Positions 1-12,072 of a DNA stretch of 64,000 nt are shown here, piece by piece. How positions within the stretch are numbered: position 1 is the first letter of the stretch; each line of letters starts with the position of its first letter. The translations under genes and the position numbers were made by a program. This DNA comes from Deltaproteobacteria bacterium (GTDB lineage Bacteria > Myxococcota_A > Bradymonadia > REDH01): positions 2,711 through 66,710 of the forward strand of contig REDH01000031.1 in assembly GCA_007693585.1 (NCBI GenBank). Direction: 5' to 3'. A model generated the notes under the pieces. The model did no database searches and was not told where the DNA came from. It saw only the letters and a list, made by a program, of their open reading frames with translations.

Positions 1-1302
1 GGTCGCATCCGCGTCAACGGCAAGGTCGTCCGCGAGCTCGGCACCAAGGTCACCCCCGGCACCGACGTCGTGCTGTTCGACGATCGCGCCGTCAACGTCG
101 ACGCGCGGCACGTCTACCTGGCCCTTCACAAGCCCCAGGGCATGATCAGCGCTGCCGACGACCCCGAGGGGCGCCCCGTCGTCACCTCCCTTGTTCCCCC
201 GGACTTCGGCCGTGTCTATCCCGTCGGACGCCTCGACTGGGACTCCGAGGGTCTGCTCCTGATGACCGACGACGGCGAGCTCACCCAGCTCCTCACCCAC
301 CCCCGGCACGAGGTCCCGAAGACCTACATGGTCAAGGTCCGCGGCCGCTATGCCGACGACGACAGCCGCCTCGAACGCATCCGCCATGGCACCCGCCTCG
401 ACGACGGCTACCACACCCAGCCGTGCGAGGTCGTCAAGGACGCGGAGACCTCGTCCAACACCTGGCTGGTCGTCACCATCCGAGAAGGCCGAAACCGACA
501 GATCCGCCGCATGTTCGAGAGCGTCGGCATTCTCGTCTCCCGCCTGCGCCGCCTCGCGATGGGCCCGCTCCTTCTCGGCGACCTGCCCCCTGGCGAGTTC
601 CGCAAGCTCACCGAGCAGGAGATCGACGAGCTCTACGCCGCCGCCGGAGGCAAGCGCCCCCGCCTCGGCGCCTCCCGCGGCCGGCTCCCCCACAGCAACC
701 GCGACGGCAAGATCGAGATGAACCGCATGGCGCGGCGGGCCACCCGCGCCCCGCGCCGCGCCTCGGAGTACGAGCCGCCGGAACCGGCACCGCAGCAGGA
801 AGAGGCCCCGCCCCACGCCCGAGGCACCCGCGGCTCCGCCAGAGTGACCTCCGCACGCGGCGGCGACGGCCCCGCCGGTGGACGTCGACCACGCACGCAT
901 GAACCCGAACGCGATCCCGGCAGCCGGCCCAGGGGCAAGCGCAGTGAGGACGAGCGGCCCAGGGGCAGCGCGCCGGCCACCCCCTCGACCCGCGGAAAGG
1001 CAGGGCGGCCGGGCAAGCCCGGTCCGCGCGACGAGCAACACGACTCCGGTCCGGGGCGAAGGCCAGCCGGCGGCGGGAAGCAGGCGGGTGGACGCAGCGC
1101 GCCGGCGAGCGGCACGAAGCGCGGCGTTTCCGCATCCGGCCCGCCGAAGTCGAGCCCGGGGCGTGGAAAGGCGACCGGCGGGGGTGGACGCTCCGGCGGG
1201 GGTGGACGCTCCGGTGGAGGTGGACGCTCCGGCGGAGGTGGACGCTCCGGCGGAGGTGGGCGCTCCGGCGGGGGTGGACGCTCCGGCGGGGGCAAGCGGT
1301 AG
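1..1302 (+). CDS. rluB: 23S rRNA pseudouridine synthase, RluB/RsuA family (5' end outside window), with C-terminal R/G/S-rich disordered tail
   Basis: Frame 1 is open from base 1 (GRIRVNGKVV... S4-like) into ORF 70..1302. Pseudouridine synthase core motifs are present (HKPQGMIS, GRLDWDSEGLLLMTDDGEL, REGRNRQIRRMFE). The last ~170 aa are low-complexity (RGxxRP, then 6 x GGGRSG). Confidence 0.85.
   Translation, partial: GRIRVNGKVVRELGTKVTPGTDVVLFDDRAVNVDARHVYLALHKPQGMISAADDPEGRPVVTSLVPPDFGRVYPVGRLDWDSEGLLLMTDDGELTQLLTHPRHEVPKTYMVKVRGRYADDDSRLERIRHGTRLDDGYHTQPCEVVKDAETSSNTWLVVTIREGRNRQIRRMFESVGILVSRLRRLAMGPLLLGDLPPGEFRKLTEQEIDELYAAAGGKRPRLGASRGRLPHSNRDGKIEMNRMARRATRAPRRASEYEPPEPAPQQEEAPPHARGTRGSARVTSARGGDGPAGGRRPRTHEPERDPGSRPRGKRSEDERPRGSAPATPSTRGKAGRPGKPGPRDEQHDSGPGRRPAGGGKQAGGRSAPASGTKRGVSASGPPKSSPGRGKATGGGGRSGGGGRSGGGGRSGGGGRSGGGGRSGGGGRSGGGKR
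1183..1290 (+). repeat. Six tandem copies of an 18-bp unit (ggtggacgctccggcggg) encoding (GGGRSG)x6 at the C-terminus of the RluB-like protein
   Basis: Direct reading of nucleotides 1180-1290. The units differ by 0-2 substitutions. Confidence 0.8.
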
Positions 1303-1755
1303 TCGGGTGCACCGCGCGGGGTGGATGAGCGCGACCACGAACCAGCTTTCGCCGGGATTCGGGTGAAGCACTCGGAGGCTGTTGAACCGCTCGACGAGCG
1401 GTCAGGCGGTTACCATGCCGGCCGACAGGGCCGGCTCGCTGCAGGTTCGCGCCTGCGGAAGCACCACGGGACTCGACCTGACGTTCCCACCGTTCAGACA
1501 CCCGCTGCAAAGCGCAGGAATCTTGCCCCACGTCCAGTTCCGGAACGAACTCGGCGCGTGTAACCACCATGCCGATGCCGAGAAGCGGTGCTGAACCCTT
1601 GGCTCGGTTGAAGCCGAGAGCAGGCCCGCCAGGGAACGTTACCCGCTGCGGGCGCACTGGTGCCTCATCGCTCGGGTCGCACCGTGACGCCTGGGCTTGG
1701 GCAGCGAGCAGTTCGACTGCGTTCTGGCGATCGCCGCGGATTGTGTACCTGCGGC

Positions 1756-1785
1756 TTGACACCGGCCCGCATCTCCCCTTATACA
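1756..1785 (+). promoter_or_regulatory. Candidate sigma70-type promoter for tRNA-fMet (TTGACA, 17-18 bp spacer, TTATAC/TATACA)
   Basis: A TTGACA hexamer is followed 17 nt later by ttatac, about 70 nt upstream of the tRNA 5' end. Motif match only. Confidence 0.3.
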
Positions 1786-1858
1786 TCCGCTCCCGCTCGA
1801 ACGGCATATGCCGCACGGGTGGCGCGTCAGGTGGGCCGTCGAGGCCTCCCGACCATGG

Positions 1859-1933
<75 letters not shown>

Positions 1934-1988
1934 TTCACACACGCCCGGCGGTGCCATGCGCCCCGGGCGCGTGTCGTCTTGCGCCTGT

Positions 1989-3893
<1,905 letters not shown>

Positions 3894-3981
3894 GGTGCGG
3901 CTCCTTCGTCGGTGCGGCTGAGTCCTGTTCCCCCGCGTCGGGGGTGACGCACGTGCCGGCGGAGGTCAAGCGGCCGGTGGG

Positions 3982-4719
3982 TCAGTCGGGCGAGATGTAC
4001 TTCTCGCGCCGGATGCTCCGGGGCTGGAAACCCGAGTCGGACAGACGCGCCACGACCTCGTCGATCATGGCGGGGTTGCCGCAGAGGTAGACGAGGTCCG
4101 TGGCGGGGTCGGGTGCGAGGTCCTCGATGACCCGCTGGACGTATCCGGGCTGCTCGTCGCCAAAGGGCTCCGCGGGCATCTCCCGGGAGTAGCAGACGTG
4201 AAAGGAGAGGTTCTCGTGGGCCGCGGAAGCCTCGCGGAACGCTTCGGCGTGGAAGAGGTCTCGCGGGGTTCGCACACCCATGACGACGTGAACGTCGGTT
4301 CCTCTCCGGGCGCGGGTCTCGAGGTCCGGGAGCATGGCGCGATAGGGGGCGAGACCGGTGCCGGTGGCGACCAGCAGGAGACGCTCAGGGGTCTCCCGTT
4401 CGCGCAGGACGAAGCGTCCGAAAGGCCCGGTTGCCTGGATCCGATCGCCGGGCTTCATGCCGAAGAGGATGCTGGTTCCCCGGCCTCCCTCGACACGGGA
4501 GACGCAGAACCGAATCTCCGTGGCACCGTCGGTGGGAGGTGACGAGATCGAGTAGGATCGGGAGAACTCGCCGGCTTCATCCGCGAAGTGGAACATGAAG
4601 AACTGCCCCGCATGCCACTGCAGGGCCAGCCCATCCTCGTGAGCGAGAACAGGCTCGACGACCCCATTCGCGAGGGGGTGCATGGCCTGGATGACGAAGG
4701 GAGTGTTCTCGGCGGGCAT
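3982..4719 (-). CDS. Ferredoxin-NADP(+) reductase-like FAD/NAD(P)-binding oxidoreductase
   Basis: RxYS FAD-binding motif (RSYSISS), GTGLAP NAD(P)-binding motif, and an FNR-type C-terminus. The start is placed at the ATG giving MPAENTPFV. Confidence 0.7.
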   Translation of the reverse strand: MPAENTPFVIQAMHPLANGVVEPVLAHEDGLALQWHAGQFFMFHFADEAGEFSRSYSISSPPTDGATEIRFCVSRVEGGRGTSILFGMKPGDRIQATGPFGRFVLRERETPERLLLVATGTGLAPYRAMLPDLETRARRGTDVHVVMGVRTPRDLFHAEAFREASAAHENLSFHVCYSREMPAEPFGDEQPGYVQRVIEDLAPDPATDLVYLCGNPAMIDEVVARLSDSGFQPRSIRREKYISPD

Positions 4720-4868
4720 GCTGCTCCTGTGCGGGGTTGTCTCCCGGACCCGGCGTGGCATATACCGCTGAGCGCACCATGCTGCAACGCATGGCATCCC
4801 ATGGTCCTCGCGGGGCGTCGAGGCTGCCCCCTTCCCCGAAACGAACGACCCAACACGGAGGCCCGAGC

Positions 4869-5165
4869 ATGGCTCGAATCGATTTTGCCGGAGACAAGCC
4901 CATGAGTGTGGAGGTTCCCGACGGGACCCCGCTGCAGCAGGCCATCGATCAGCACGGCGCGGACATCATGTTCGGCTGCCGCGAGGGTAACTGCGCCACC
5001 TGCATGATCGATGTCCTCGCGGGCCAGGAAAATCTCTCGCCACCCACGGATGCGGAGGAGACCACACTCATGCCCGACGAGATCGAGCGGAACATCCGTC
5101 TGGCCTGTCAGTGCCGGGTGCAAGGCGGAGCGGTGACGATCCGGCGGTCCGAAGAAGGGCTCTGA
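4869..5165 (+). CDS. 2Fe-2S ferredoxin
   Basis: Cys cluster CREGNCATC...C. A GGAGG RBS sits 6 nt upstream of the ATG (MARIDFAG). The gene is divergent from the FNR-like gene. Confidence 0.7.
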   Translation: MARIDFAGDKPMSVEVPDGTPLQQAIDQHGADIMFGCREGNCATCMIDVLAGQENLSPPTDAEETTLMPDEIERNIRLACQCRVQGGAVTIRRSEEGL

Positions 5166-5178
5166 CGACGAGGTCGCC

Positions 5179-6369
5179 TCAGTCCTGGATCACCTCGACG
5201 CAGGCCGCGGCCGCTTCGGCGCGCGAACAGGCCTCTTCGAGGCTGCTGCCGGTGGCGAGGGCCACGCCGAGGCGTCGCCCGGGGCGTGTGTCCGGCTTGC
5301 CGAAGAGCCGAACCTGTGCCGTCGGGACGGCACAGGCGCGCTCCATGCCGGCGTAGCGCGGCGCTCCTCCATGAGCGCTGGAGCGGATCACCGCGGAGGC
5401 TGCGGGTCGGGGGCAGTGAATCTCGCCGATCGGGAGGCCCAGGATGGCGCGCACGTGCAGTTCGAACTCGCTGCGGTCCTGCGAGATCATTGTCACCATG
5501 CCGGTGTCGTGCGGTCGGGGGCTGACCTCGCTGAAGATGACCTCGTCGCCCCGGATGAACAGCTCCACCCCGAAGAGGCCGTAGCCACCCAGGGCGTCCA
5601 CCACCGCCGTGGCCATCTCCACCGCGGCCGGCAGGACCTTCTCCGGAAGCGGCTGGGGCTGCCATGAGAGGACATAGTCCCCCTGCTCCTGTCGATGACC
5701 GATCGGCGGACAGCAGACCACGCCCTCGGTGCTCGAGCGGATCGTCAACAAGGTGATCTCCGTATCGAATTGCACGAAGCCCTCGACGATGACCCGTGCC
5801 GATCGCCCCCGTGAGCCCGCGCAAGCTCGCGCGAAGGCGGCCTCGGCATCGACCAAGTGGTGGATGGTGCTCTGGCCCTTCCCGGAGCTCGACATCACCG
5901 GCTTGATGACGCACGGCAGCCCCACGGTGTCGATGGCATCCCGCGCTTCCGCGGCTGACTCGGCGAAGCGGTAAGGGCTGGTGGCCAGGCCAAGCTCCTC
6001 GGCGGCCAACCGGCGGATGCCTTCCCGGTCCATGGTGAGCTGGGCCGCACGAGCGGTCGGCACGACGGACCACCCCTCCTGCTCCAGGGCGACAAGCTCG
6101 GACGTGGCGAGCGCCTCGATTTCGGGGACAATCCAGGTCGGCCGAGTCGCCTCGACGTGACGGCGCAGGAGCGCTGGATCCTGCATGTCGAACACGATGG
6201 CGCGGTGCGCGACCTGCATCGCCGGTGCGCCGGCGTAGCGATCGCAGGCAATGACCTCCACGCCGAGTCGCATCGCCTCGATCGCGACCTCACGTCCGAG
6301 TTCTCCGGACCCGAGCAGCATCAGGCGCGCGGCGTCCGGTGTTCCGGGGGTTCCCCAGGATACGGTCAT
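5179..6369 (-). CDS. purT: Formate-dependent phosphoribosylglycinamide formyltransferase (GAR transformylase 2)
   Basis: PurT N-terminus ([17 protein letters not shown]) followed by an ATP-grasp fold and a PurT-type C-terminus. The start is at MTVSW. Confidence 0.85.
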   Translation of the reverse strand: MTVSWGTPGTPDAARLMLLGSGELGREVAIEAMRLGVEVIACDRYAGAPAMQVAHRAIVFDMQDPALLRRHVEATRPTWIVPEIEALATSELVALEQEGWSVVPTARAAQLTMDREGIRRLAAEELGLATSPYRFAESAAEARDAIDTVGLPCVIKPVMSSSGKGQSTIHHLVDAEAAFARACAGSRGRSARVIVEGFVQFDTEITLLTIRSSTEGVVCCPPIGHRQEQGDYVLSWQPQPLPEKVLPAAVEMATAVVDALGGYGLFGVELFIRGDEVIFSEVSPRPHDTGMVTMISQDRSEFELHVRAILGLPIGEIHCPRPAASAVIRSSAHGGAPRYAGMERACAVPTAQVRLFGKPDTRPGRRLGVALATGSSLEEACSRAEAAAACVEVIQD

Positions 6370-7286
6370 CTCTCTCCCTCCGCAGGTGGTTGCTCTTCGT
6401 CCTCCCGGCGCCACGCCTCCGGGAGTCCCTCACGATAGCTCGGCCAGCGAGGTGCCCAGCCCAGTGCCTTCAGACGGTCGGCATTGCATCGCCGGTTGCC
6501 CTGCCAGAACGGCCGGATGCGCTCCGGAACCGACGACAGTGGCACCTCGGGGGGCATCGGACAACCGAGGTGGTCGCACGCGAACCGGACCATGTCGCGA
6601 ACCTGGAAGGGTTCGTCGTCGCAGGCGATCCAGATGCCGCCCCTGACGTCCTCATCAAGTAGCCGGAGAACAGCTGTCGCGATGTCGTCCACGAAGATGC
6701 GGTTGGAGAACATCGTTCCGCCTTCGACCAGTCGATAGCGTCCCGCCTCCAGCCGCTGACGAATGGTTCGGCCCGGGCCGTAAATCCCCGGCAACCTCAG
6801 AGTGGACAATCGACTCCTGCCCTGCAGTCGATCGCGCACGAGGGTCTCGGCCTCGACCCGCCGAAGGCCCATTTCATCCTCGGGGTTCACCGGCGTTGCC
6901 GCCGTGACCTCTCCACCGCGCGAGCGCCCGTACACCGATGTGGAGGACAGGTACACAACGTCCGTGATCCCCTGCCTGATCAGCCAGTCGAGCGCCTCAG
7001 CCAGCGCGGCGTGCGGATCCCTCACATCCGGCGAGCGATCCGGGCCCATGGTCAGCACGGCCGCCCCGCCCGCCACGCTCTCCGGAAGGGTGGGGAGCGG
7101 CTCCCCGGCCGCGAAGGCCGCCTGCACGGCGCGAATCCCCGCCGACTCGAGGTCGGCGGCGCGTTCCTCCGAGCGCGTGGTTCCCCACACCGGCCCCGGC
7201 CAGTGCTCCGCGATGGCGCGGCCGCTGTAGCCACAGCCACAGACCACAACGGGCCGCCCCTGCTCCCGGACCGCCGCGTCACCCAT
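6366..7286 (-). CDS. NAD-dependent epimerase/dehydratase family protein (SDR)
   Basis: GCGYSG Rossmann motif near the N-terminus and a YxxxK-type region. There is a 4-nt overlap with the purT start. Confidence 0.6.
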   Translation of the reverse strand: MGDAAVREQGRPVVVCGCGYSGRAIAEHWPGPVWGTTRSEERAADLESAGIRAVQAAFAAGEPLPTLPESVAGGAAVLTMGPDRSPDVRDPHAALAEALDWLIRQGITDVVYLSSTSVYGRSRGGEVTAATPVNPEDEMGLRRVEAETLVRDRLQGRSRLSTLRLPGIYGPGRTIRQRLEAGRYRLVEGGTMFSNRIFVDDIATAVLRLLDEDVRGGIWIACDDEPFQVRDMVRFACDHLGCPMPPEVPLSSVPERIRPFWQGNRRCNADRLKALGWAPRWPSYREGLPEAWRREDEEQPPAEGER

Positions 7287-8343
7287 GGGCGCCACCCCCC
7301 ATGACCGGAGAGGGCCACCACGGCCCCCACGGGTCATCAGGCTCGATTGAGACCGGCGCGAGTCCGACTTCGCGCACCCGCCCCCTCGTGTCGAGTTCGG
7401 CATGCACGATGGCGACGTGCGGACCCAGCGGGGCGATCGCAGCGTCGAGCCGCGGCCCGGAGACAGGCTCGACGGTCACGGCAGGCTCGGGAAGCGCAAC
7501 AGCCTGTCGACGCTCGCCGGCAAAGATGCTCCGGAGCACCTCCGGGGCCGGGACATCCAGACCGTACACGAACGTCTCGTGGGGACGAGAATGTACCGCC
7601 ACCCGCTTCTCGAGCAGGCGAAGCGGACCGAAGGCCAGATGCAGCTTGAGGCTTGGGTTGCTCCACTGCGTCACGCCCACCTGCCGGCGCCAGCCGCCCG
7701 CCAGAAGCGCCAGGGCCTTGGTGCGACGGCCGAGGCCGAACCCGGGAAAGAGCGAGAACAGCGACGCGCCGACCACGAGGTCACGCGCGAGCCCGGGGAC
7801 ACCGATGTACTCGCTGACGGCGAGCGTGGGTGCGGCGCCCTCGGGATCAATGCGATCCGCAAGGTCCGTGGGAAGCAGCGACCGCCGGACATGGAACCCG
7901 AAAACCGCGCTCGGCAGCAGCGCACAGTCCAGCAACACCCAGCGCGGCATCCCGAGCGCCCCCTCCCCCGATCCAACGTCCACGCTCCCGTCGTACGCCA
8001 GACAGTTCGCACGATTGAGAGCCAGTGAGAAGCCCGTGTTCTCCAGAGCGAGAGCATCGAGCCGATCCAGCGGCTCCGCGCCCTCGAGACCCGGGAGGTG
8101 CCCGGTGTGGCCGCGCGCCCGCAGCACAAAGGGGCGAAGCGCGTCGCGAGGAAACGGACTCACGACGCGCGACTCCACGCCGAAGGCACACCGGCCAAAG
8201 GCTGTTCGATTCGGACCATCTCGAAAGAACCTCTGTGCAGCAATGCGGGGATGCGCTAGGGGAGCCGCGTCCCGCGCCGAGTCGCGGGACGCTACCCTAC
8301 CACGAACAACGACGAGTGCCACCCATGAGCAACGACGCTCCAC
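7279..8343 (-). CDS. Hypothetical protein (start uncertain)
   Basis: Long ORF with GC3-rich codon usage and no recognised motifs. Its N-terminal region overlaps the start of the divergent acidic-protein gene. Confidence 0.35.
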   Translation of the reverse strand: MERRCSWVALVVVRGRVASRDSARDAAPLAHPRIAAQRFFRDGPNRTAFGRCAFGVESRVVSPFPRDALRPFVLRARGHTGHLPGLEGAEPLDRLDALALENTGFSLALNRANCLAYDGSVDVGSGEGALGMPRWVLLDCALLPSAVFGFHVRRSLLPTDLADRIDPEGAAPTLAVSEYIGVPGLARDLVVGASLFSLFPGFGLGRRTKALALLAGGWRRQVGVTQWSNPSLKLHLAFGPLRLLEKRVAVHSRPHETFVYGLDVPAPEVLRSIFAGERRQAVALPEPAVTVEPVSGPRLDAAIAPLGPHVAIVHAELDTRGRVREVGLAPVSIEPDDPWGPWWPSPVMGGGAHG

Positions 8344-9014
8344 ACGACGACTTCTCCGACGATCTCCAGACGGAAGGCATCGGCTACACCGAGGTCGACT
8401 GGGACCAGCTCGACCAGGCCGAAGCCGACCTCCATGACGAGATCATCGGGATGGAACTTGAGCAGGCACGCGCGCTCAAGCTGGGAACGCTGACCGACCT
8501 CCAGCGGTGGGCCGTCGCGCAGGTCTACGCGGACAACGACGACTTCGAAGGCTTCGAGCGCATTTGCCGCGAGCTGCTCGGCGGCAGCGTGGAACACCCC
8601 GCCCTCGACTACGGTGCCATCGGGACCGAGCTGGTGCACGACCTCCTCGTCGAGGAACGCTTCGATGACGCTCGGGCACTGCTGCCCAGGGTGGCCGAGC
8701 TCTGCGCGGACGATGGCCTGACCGAGCGCCGATTCACGGCCATCCTCGAAGTCGTCGATGGCGACGAGGACCGGGGAATCGAACTCTTCGATGCGCTGAT
8801 CGAAGTAGCCGGCACCGACAGCTACCTGCTGTTCGACATCGCGACCGACCTGGCCAACTGCGGGCTCTTCGAGGCTGCGGTGGAGACCTTCGATCAGGTC
8901 CGCCAGCTCGCGCTCGACGACGCCGACTCCGAACTGGTGGAGTTCGTCGACGTCCACACCGCACAGCTCCGAGAGATCATCGAGGAACTCGATGACGACG
9001 AGGACGAGGCCTAG
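8325..9014 (+). CDS. Highly acidic all-helical hypothetical protein (D/E about 30%)
   Basis: ATG at 8325 (MSNDAPHDDFSDD...). The C-terminus is DDDEDEA. No enzymatic motifs. Confidence 0.5.
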   Translation: MSNDAPHDDFSDDLQTEGIGYTEVDWDQLDQAEADLHDEIIGMELEQARALKLGTLTDLQRWAVAQVYADNDDFEGFERICRELLGGSVEHPALDYGAIGTELVHDLLVEERFDDARALLPRVAELCADDGLTERRFTAILEVVDGDEDRGIELFDALIEVAGTDSYLLFDIATDLANCGLFEAAVETFDQVRQLALDDADSELVEFVDVHTAQLREIIEELDDDEDEA

Positions 9015-9108
9015 GGCGAACTCGGCCGGCCAGCCGTGCTCCTGACGGCTGGCGACACGTCACTCCTTCGGAGCGGACGTCGAGGATGACCCGCCCTGGC
9101 CACGGAAC

Positions 9109-9864
9109 TCATTGGCGTGGTGTTCCACGCAGGCGCCGCGCCAGGAACGCGCGAACGATGCGTTCGCGCATGTCGCCTTCGGGAAGCGCAACCCACTCGT
9201 CGATGCGCTCGGCCACCGCGCACGCGAGTTCATCGAGCACCGCCTCGTCCACGTCGATGGACACGACCGGGGAAGAGCCGTCCGGTGCAATCTCGCGCCC
9301 TGCTCCCTCGACAGCCTCCGTGTCGACTGCCTCCTCCTCGCGCGACGCGGCGGCAGATGCGCTGGCTGGCGCCGCGACGGCCTCCTCGGGTTCGCCCTCC
9401 CCGGTCGAGGCATCCTCCTGCGCCAGGTCGGGGACGCCATTCTCCGCTCGCGCGGCTTCCTCGGCGAAGGTCTCCTCGAGGACGATGCTGTGGGCGGCCG
9501 ACGCCGCGGCCGTCGTGACCGAACCGAACATCGCGACAGTGTCGCCACCGACGGCGTGCAGTACTGCCGCCTGCAGCGCGGACGGAGAGAACGGGCGGGC
9601 GAGCAGCGAGCGCGCACCAGCCGGAATCTCATCGTCGGACTGCACCGCCACCGCGGTCAGTACGAGCCGGGCGTCCCCGGCCCCCTCGCGCCGCACAATC
9701 TCCCTCCAGTCGCGGTCCCACCCTTCGCGGGAGACCAGCACCACGTCCGGTTCGTCGTTGGCGGGCACGATGTCGTGGCCGTGGTTGCGCAAGGTAGAGG
9801 CGAAGTGATCGGCGAGCCGGGGAAGCGGCTCGATCAGGGCGACTCTGAGCGATGGAGACGACAT
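9109..9864 (-). CDS. Pseudo-receiver (REC-like) domain protein with acidic/Ala-rich C-terminal half
   Basis: The N-terminus (RVALIEPLPRLADHF...DIVPANDEPDVVLVSREG) resembles a CheY-like fold. It lacks the DD acidic pair and the phosphoacceptor Asp. Confidence 0.45.
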   Translation of the reverse strand: MSSPSLRVALIEPLPRLADHFASTLRNHGHDIVPANDEPDVVLVSREGWDRDWREIVRREGAGDARLVLTAVAVQSDDEIPAGARSLLARPFSPSALQAAVLHAVGGDTVAMFGSVTTAAASAAHSIVLEETFAEEAARAENGVPDLAQEDASTGEGEPEEAVAAPASASAAASREEEAVDTEAVEGAGREIAPDGSSPVVSIDVDEAVLDELACAVAERIDEWVALPEGDMRERIVRAFLARRLRGTPRQ

Positions 9865-9890
9865 GGCGGAGGCTCGACCGGAGATGCGAT

Positions 9891-11651
9891 TCAGAACCGC
9901 AGTTGACGAAGCAGGCGGTAGCCGTGACGAACCTCGCGCAGATGCGGGACACCGCGCACCGACTCCTCGTCCTCGATGAACCCGTCGATTCGCTCGGCAG
10001 CACTGGCGGGCAGTGCTCTGGCGAACAGGAGCGCGTTGGTGATCTGCAGACGCCGGTTCATGTCACTCCCCGCCATCCGGTCGACGAGGACGCTCAGGGC
10101 CTCGGGCTGCTCGCGATGGACGATGACGAGCTGCCAGATTACGGCCTGCCGTGCAGCCGAGTGAATTCCTCGCCGCGTGGCGGCCTGCTCGTCCTCGCTC
10201 TCCATACCCTCGAGGAGACTCGTGAACGCCTCGTCGGCAGCGATGTCCGACGGGTCGTCATAGACCCGTCCGTAGCAGGCAAAGTCGTCGCCGCACTCCT
10301 CGGCCACGAGGAAGTAGGCACGCAGGGGAGCGAACTGGGAGCGGAAGGCCTCGGGCTGCGCCCGCAGCACGCGTTCGAAGAGCGCCATCTCGTCCCCGGG
10401 CGTCGTCCGCCCGAGGTAGTGCAGCGCGTTGAGTCGAAGCATGACGTCCGTTCGCACACCGCCGCGGGCCGTGCGGCCGCTGACCGCACGCTCGACGAGA
10501 AGCCGTCGATCCTCCGGATGGTTGATGATGGCCATGGCCTCATGCACGGCCTGACGGAACCCGACCTCCGCGCCATCGGAAAGATTCATCCACTCGCGAA
10601 AGTTATCGAGGGCCTGACCGTCTCCTGGCTGCTCCAGACTGCGCAGGAGCGCGCGGTCCTCGTCATTCCCACGGAGCGCGAAGCTCTTGACGCCGATCTC
10701 GAAGAGCTGACCGAACGCGCTGTACCACTCCGACTGCATCTGTACGGAGAGGTCCATCATGTCCGCGCGCGGGATGGGAGTGTTCGTCCGGAAGAACTCC
10801 GCGAACACGGCCAGCGCCGCGTCCGAACCCCTTCGGGAGAGAACCCGCGCCGCACGAACCTGCCCCGTCACCGGCGGGTACTCGAGGTTCACCAGATGGT
10901 CGCGGACACGGGTGTTCTCGGCACGCAGCAACTCCGCCAGCGCCGGTACAGCGCGGTCTCCGTGGGACAGCAACGCCAGCTCACACGCATCCAGCGCATC
11001 CTCGAACGGCATGGGGATGAAGTTCACCAGGCCGAACACCATCGCCGTGATCATCTCGTCCGATGCGTCGTCCACGCTGCCGAGAAGCCGACAGCCGTTC
11101 CGAACCGTGTTGATGCCCCCGATCCGGTTCGCCGGACGAAGCAGCGTTCCCGCCACGACCTCCGCCGCCTGGGGGGATGGAATCGCCAGCAGCGCTTCCA
11201 TGAACGGCGCATAGGCGTCAGGGGACGACACCTCGTTGACCCGCTGAGCGATCGCCGTTGCCGACGCCGTGTCACCGATCGCCGCAAGCCCGCGCGCACC
11301 CAGTCCGGCCTCACGATCGCTCGGACGCTGCAGGGCGGACAGGAACACCTCCCGCCCACGCTCGTCACGCGCCTCGATCAGGGACACGAGGGCGGCCTCT
11401 CGGCGTATGCCCTCGTTGTAGACCTCCACCAACCGAGGTACCAGCTCGGTCTTCTGCTCAGCGGAAAGGCGACTGAACTCCATGAACGCCCGATCGTCAC
11501 CAATCCCCATCCGGTAGGAAATCCAGGCGGGATCGCTCCAGTCCTCCTTCGGTGCGCAGGCCACCACCAGACCGACGGCCACGAGAACGAGAAGACAGGT
11601 CCCCAGGGGGCGACGTGCCGCACGCATCCATCCACTGAACTCGAGTCCCAT
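9891..11651 (-). CDS. HEAT/ARM-like repeat lipoprotein
   Basis: Signal peptide with a lipobox (LVVAC). Long alpha-helical repeat-like sequence. The start is placed at MGLEFSGW. Confidence 0.5.
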   Translation of the reverse strand: MGLEFSGWMRAARRPLGTCLLVLVAVGLVVACAPKEDWSDPAWISYRMGIGDDRAFMEFSRLSAEQKTELVPRLVEVYNEGIRREAALVSLIEARDERGREVFLSALQRPSDREAGLGARGLAAIGDTASATAIAQRVNEVSSPDAYAPFMEALLAIPSPQAAEVVAGTLLRPANRIGGINTVRNGCRLLGSVDDASDEMITAMVFGLVNFIPMPFEDALDACELALLSHGDRAVPALAELLRAENTRVRDHLVNLEYPPVTGQVRAARVLSRRGSDAALAVFAEFFRTNTPIPRADMMDLSVQMQSEWYSAFGQLFEIGVKSFALRGNDEDRALLRSLEQPGDGQALDNFREWMNLSDGAEVGFRQAVHEAMAIINHPEDRRLLVERAVSGRTARGGVRTDVMLRLNALHYLGRTTPGDEMALFERVLRAQPEAFRSQFAPLRAYFLVAEECGDDFACYGRVYDDPSDIAADEAFTSLLEGMESEDEQAATRRGIHSAARQAVIWQLVIVHREQPEALSVLVDRMAGSDMNRRLQITNALLFARALPASAAERIDGFIEDEESVRGVPHLREVRHGYRLLRQLRF

Positions 11652-12072
11652 GAAGGCTCTCCTGAAAGATCGCAGGGGCACCGGAGGGCCGGAACAGCGC
11701 TCCGGTGCCTCGGCAGGCTCGCCGGAGTCTACGTAGCCAATTGCCTTACTGTCAACGCGCGCCGCGGCCAGCATGTGCCCACCCGCCACCCGCGGGGCAG
11801 GAATGAGCGCAGCACACGGCGCACTGCACCCGGCGGCGGGAGCAGCCTGCGACACCCCCCCTTTCCGGCAAGAGGCACCTCGTTGCGGGCCTGCCTCCCC
11901 ACGGTCACGCACCGGACCATGAACCACGCAGGACTGTTCCACTGCACGTCGCTGTGCTAGCGCACGCCCGATGCGGGCGTGCGTGCACCTTCACGCCCAA
12001 CGGAAACAATTCCACGCGGTGGTGACCTATGGCATCCAGGCCGACCACCTAGCCCCACAGAGATGCTCGCCC

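Noticed and set aside
1303-1858. Small ORFs (1321..1563, 1382..1594, 1569..1868) between rluB and tRNA-fMet
   Set aside because: They have no GC3 bias, no RBS and no motif. The region more likely holds the tRNA promoter/leader.
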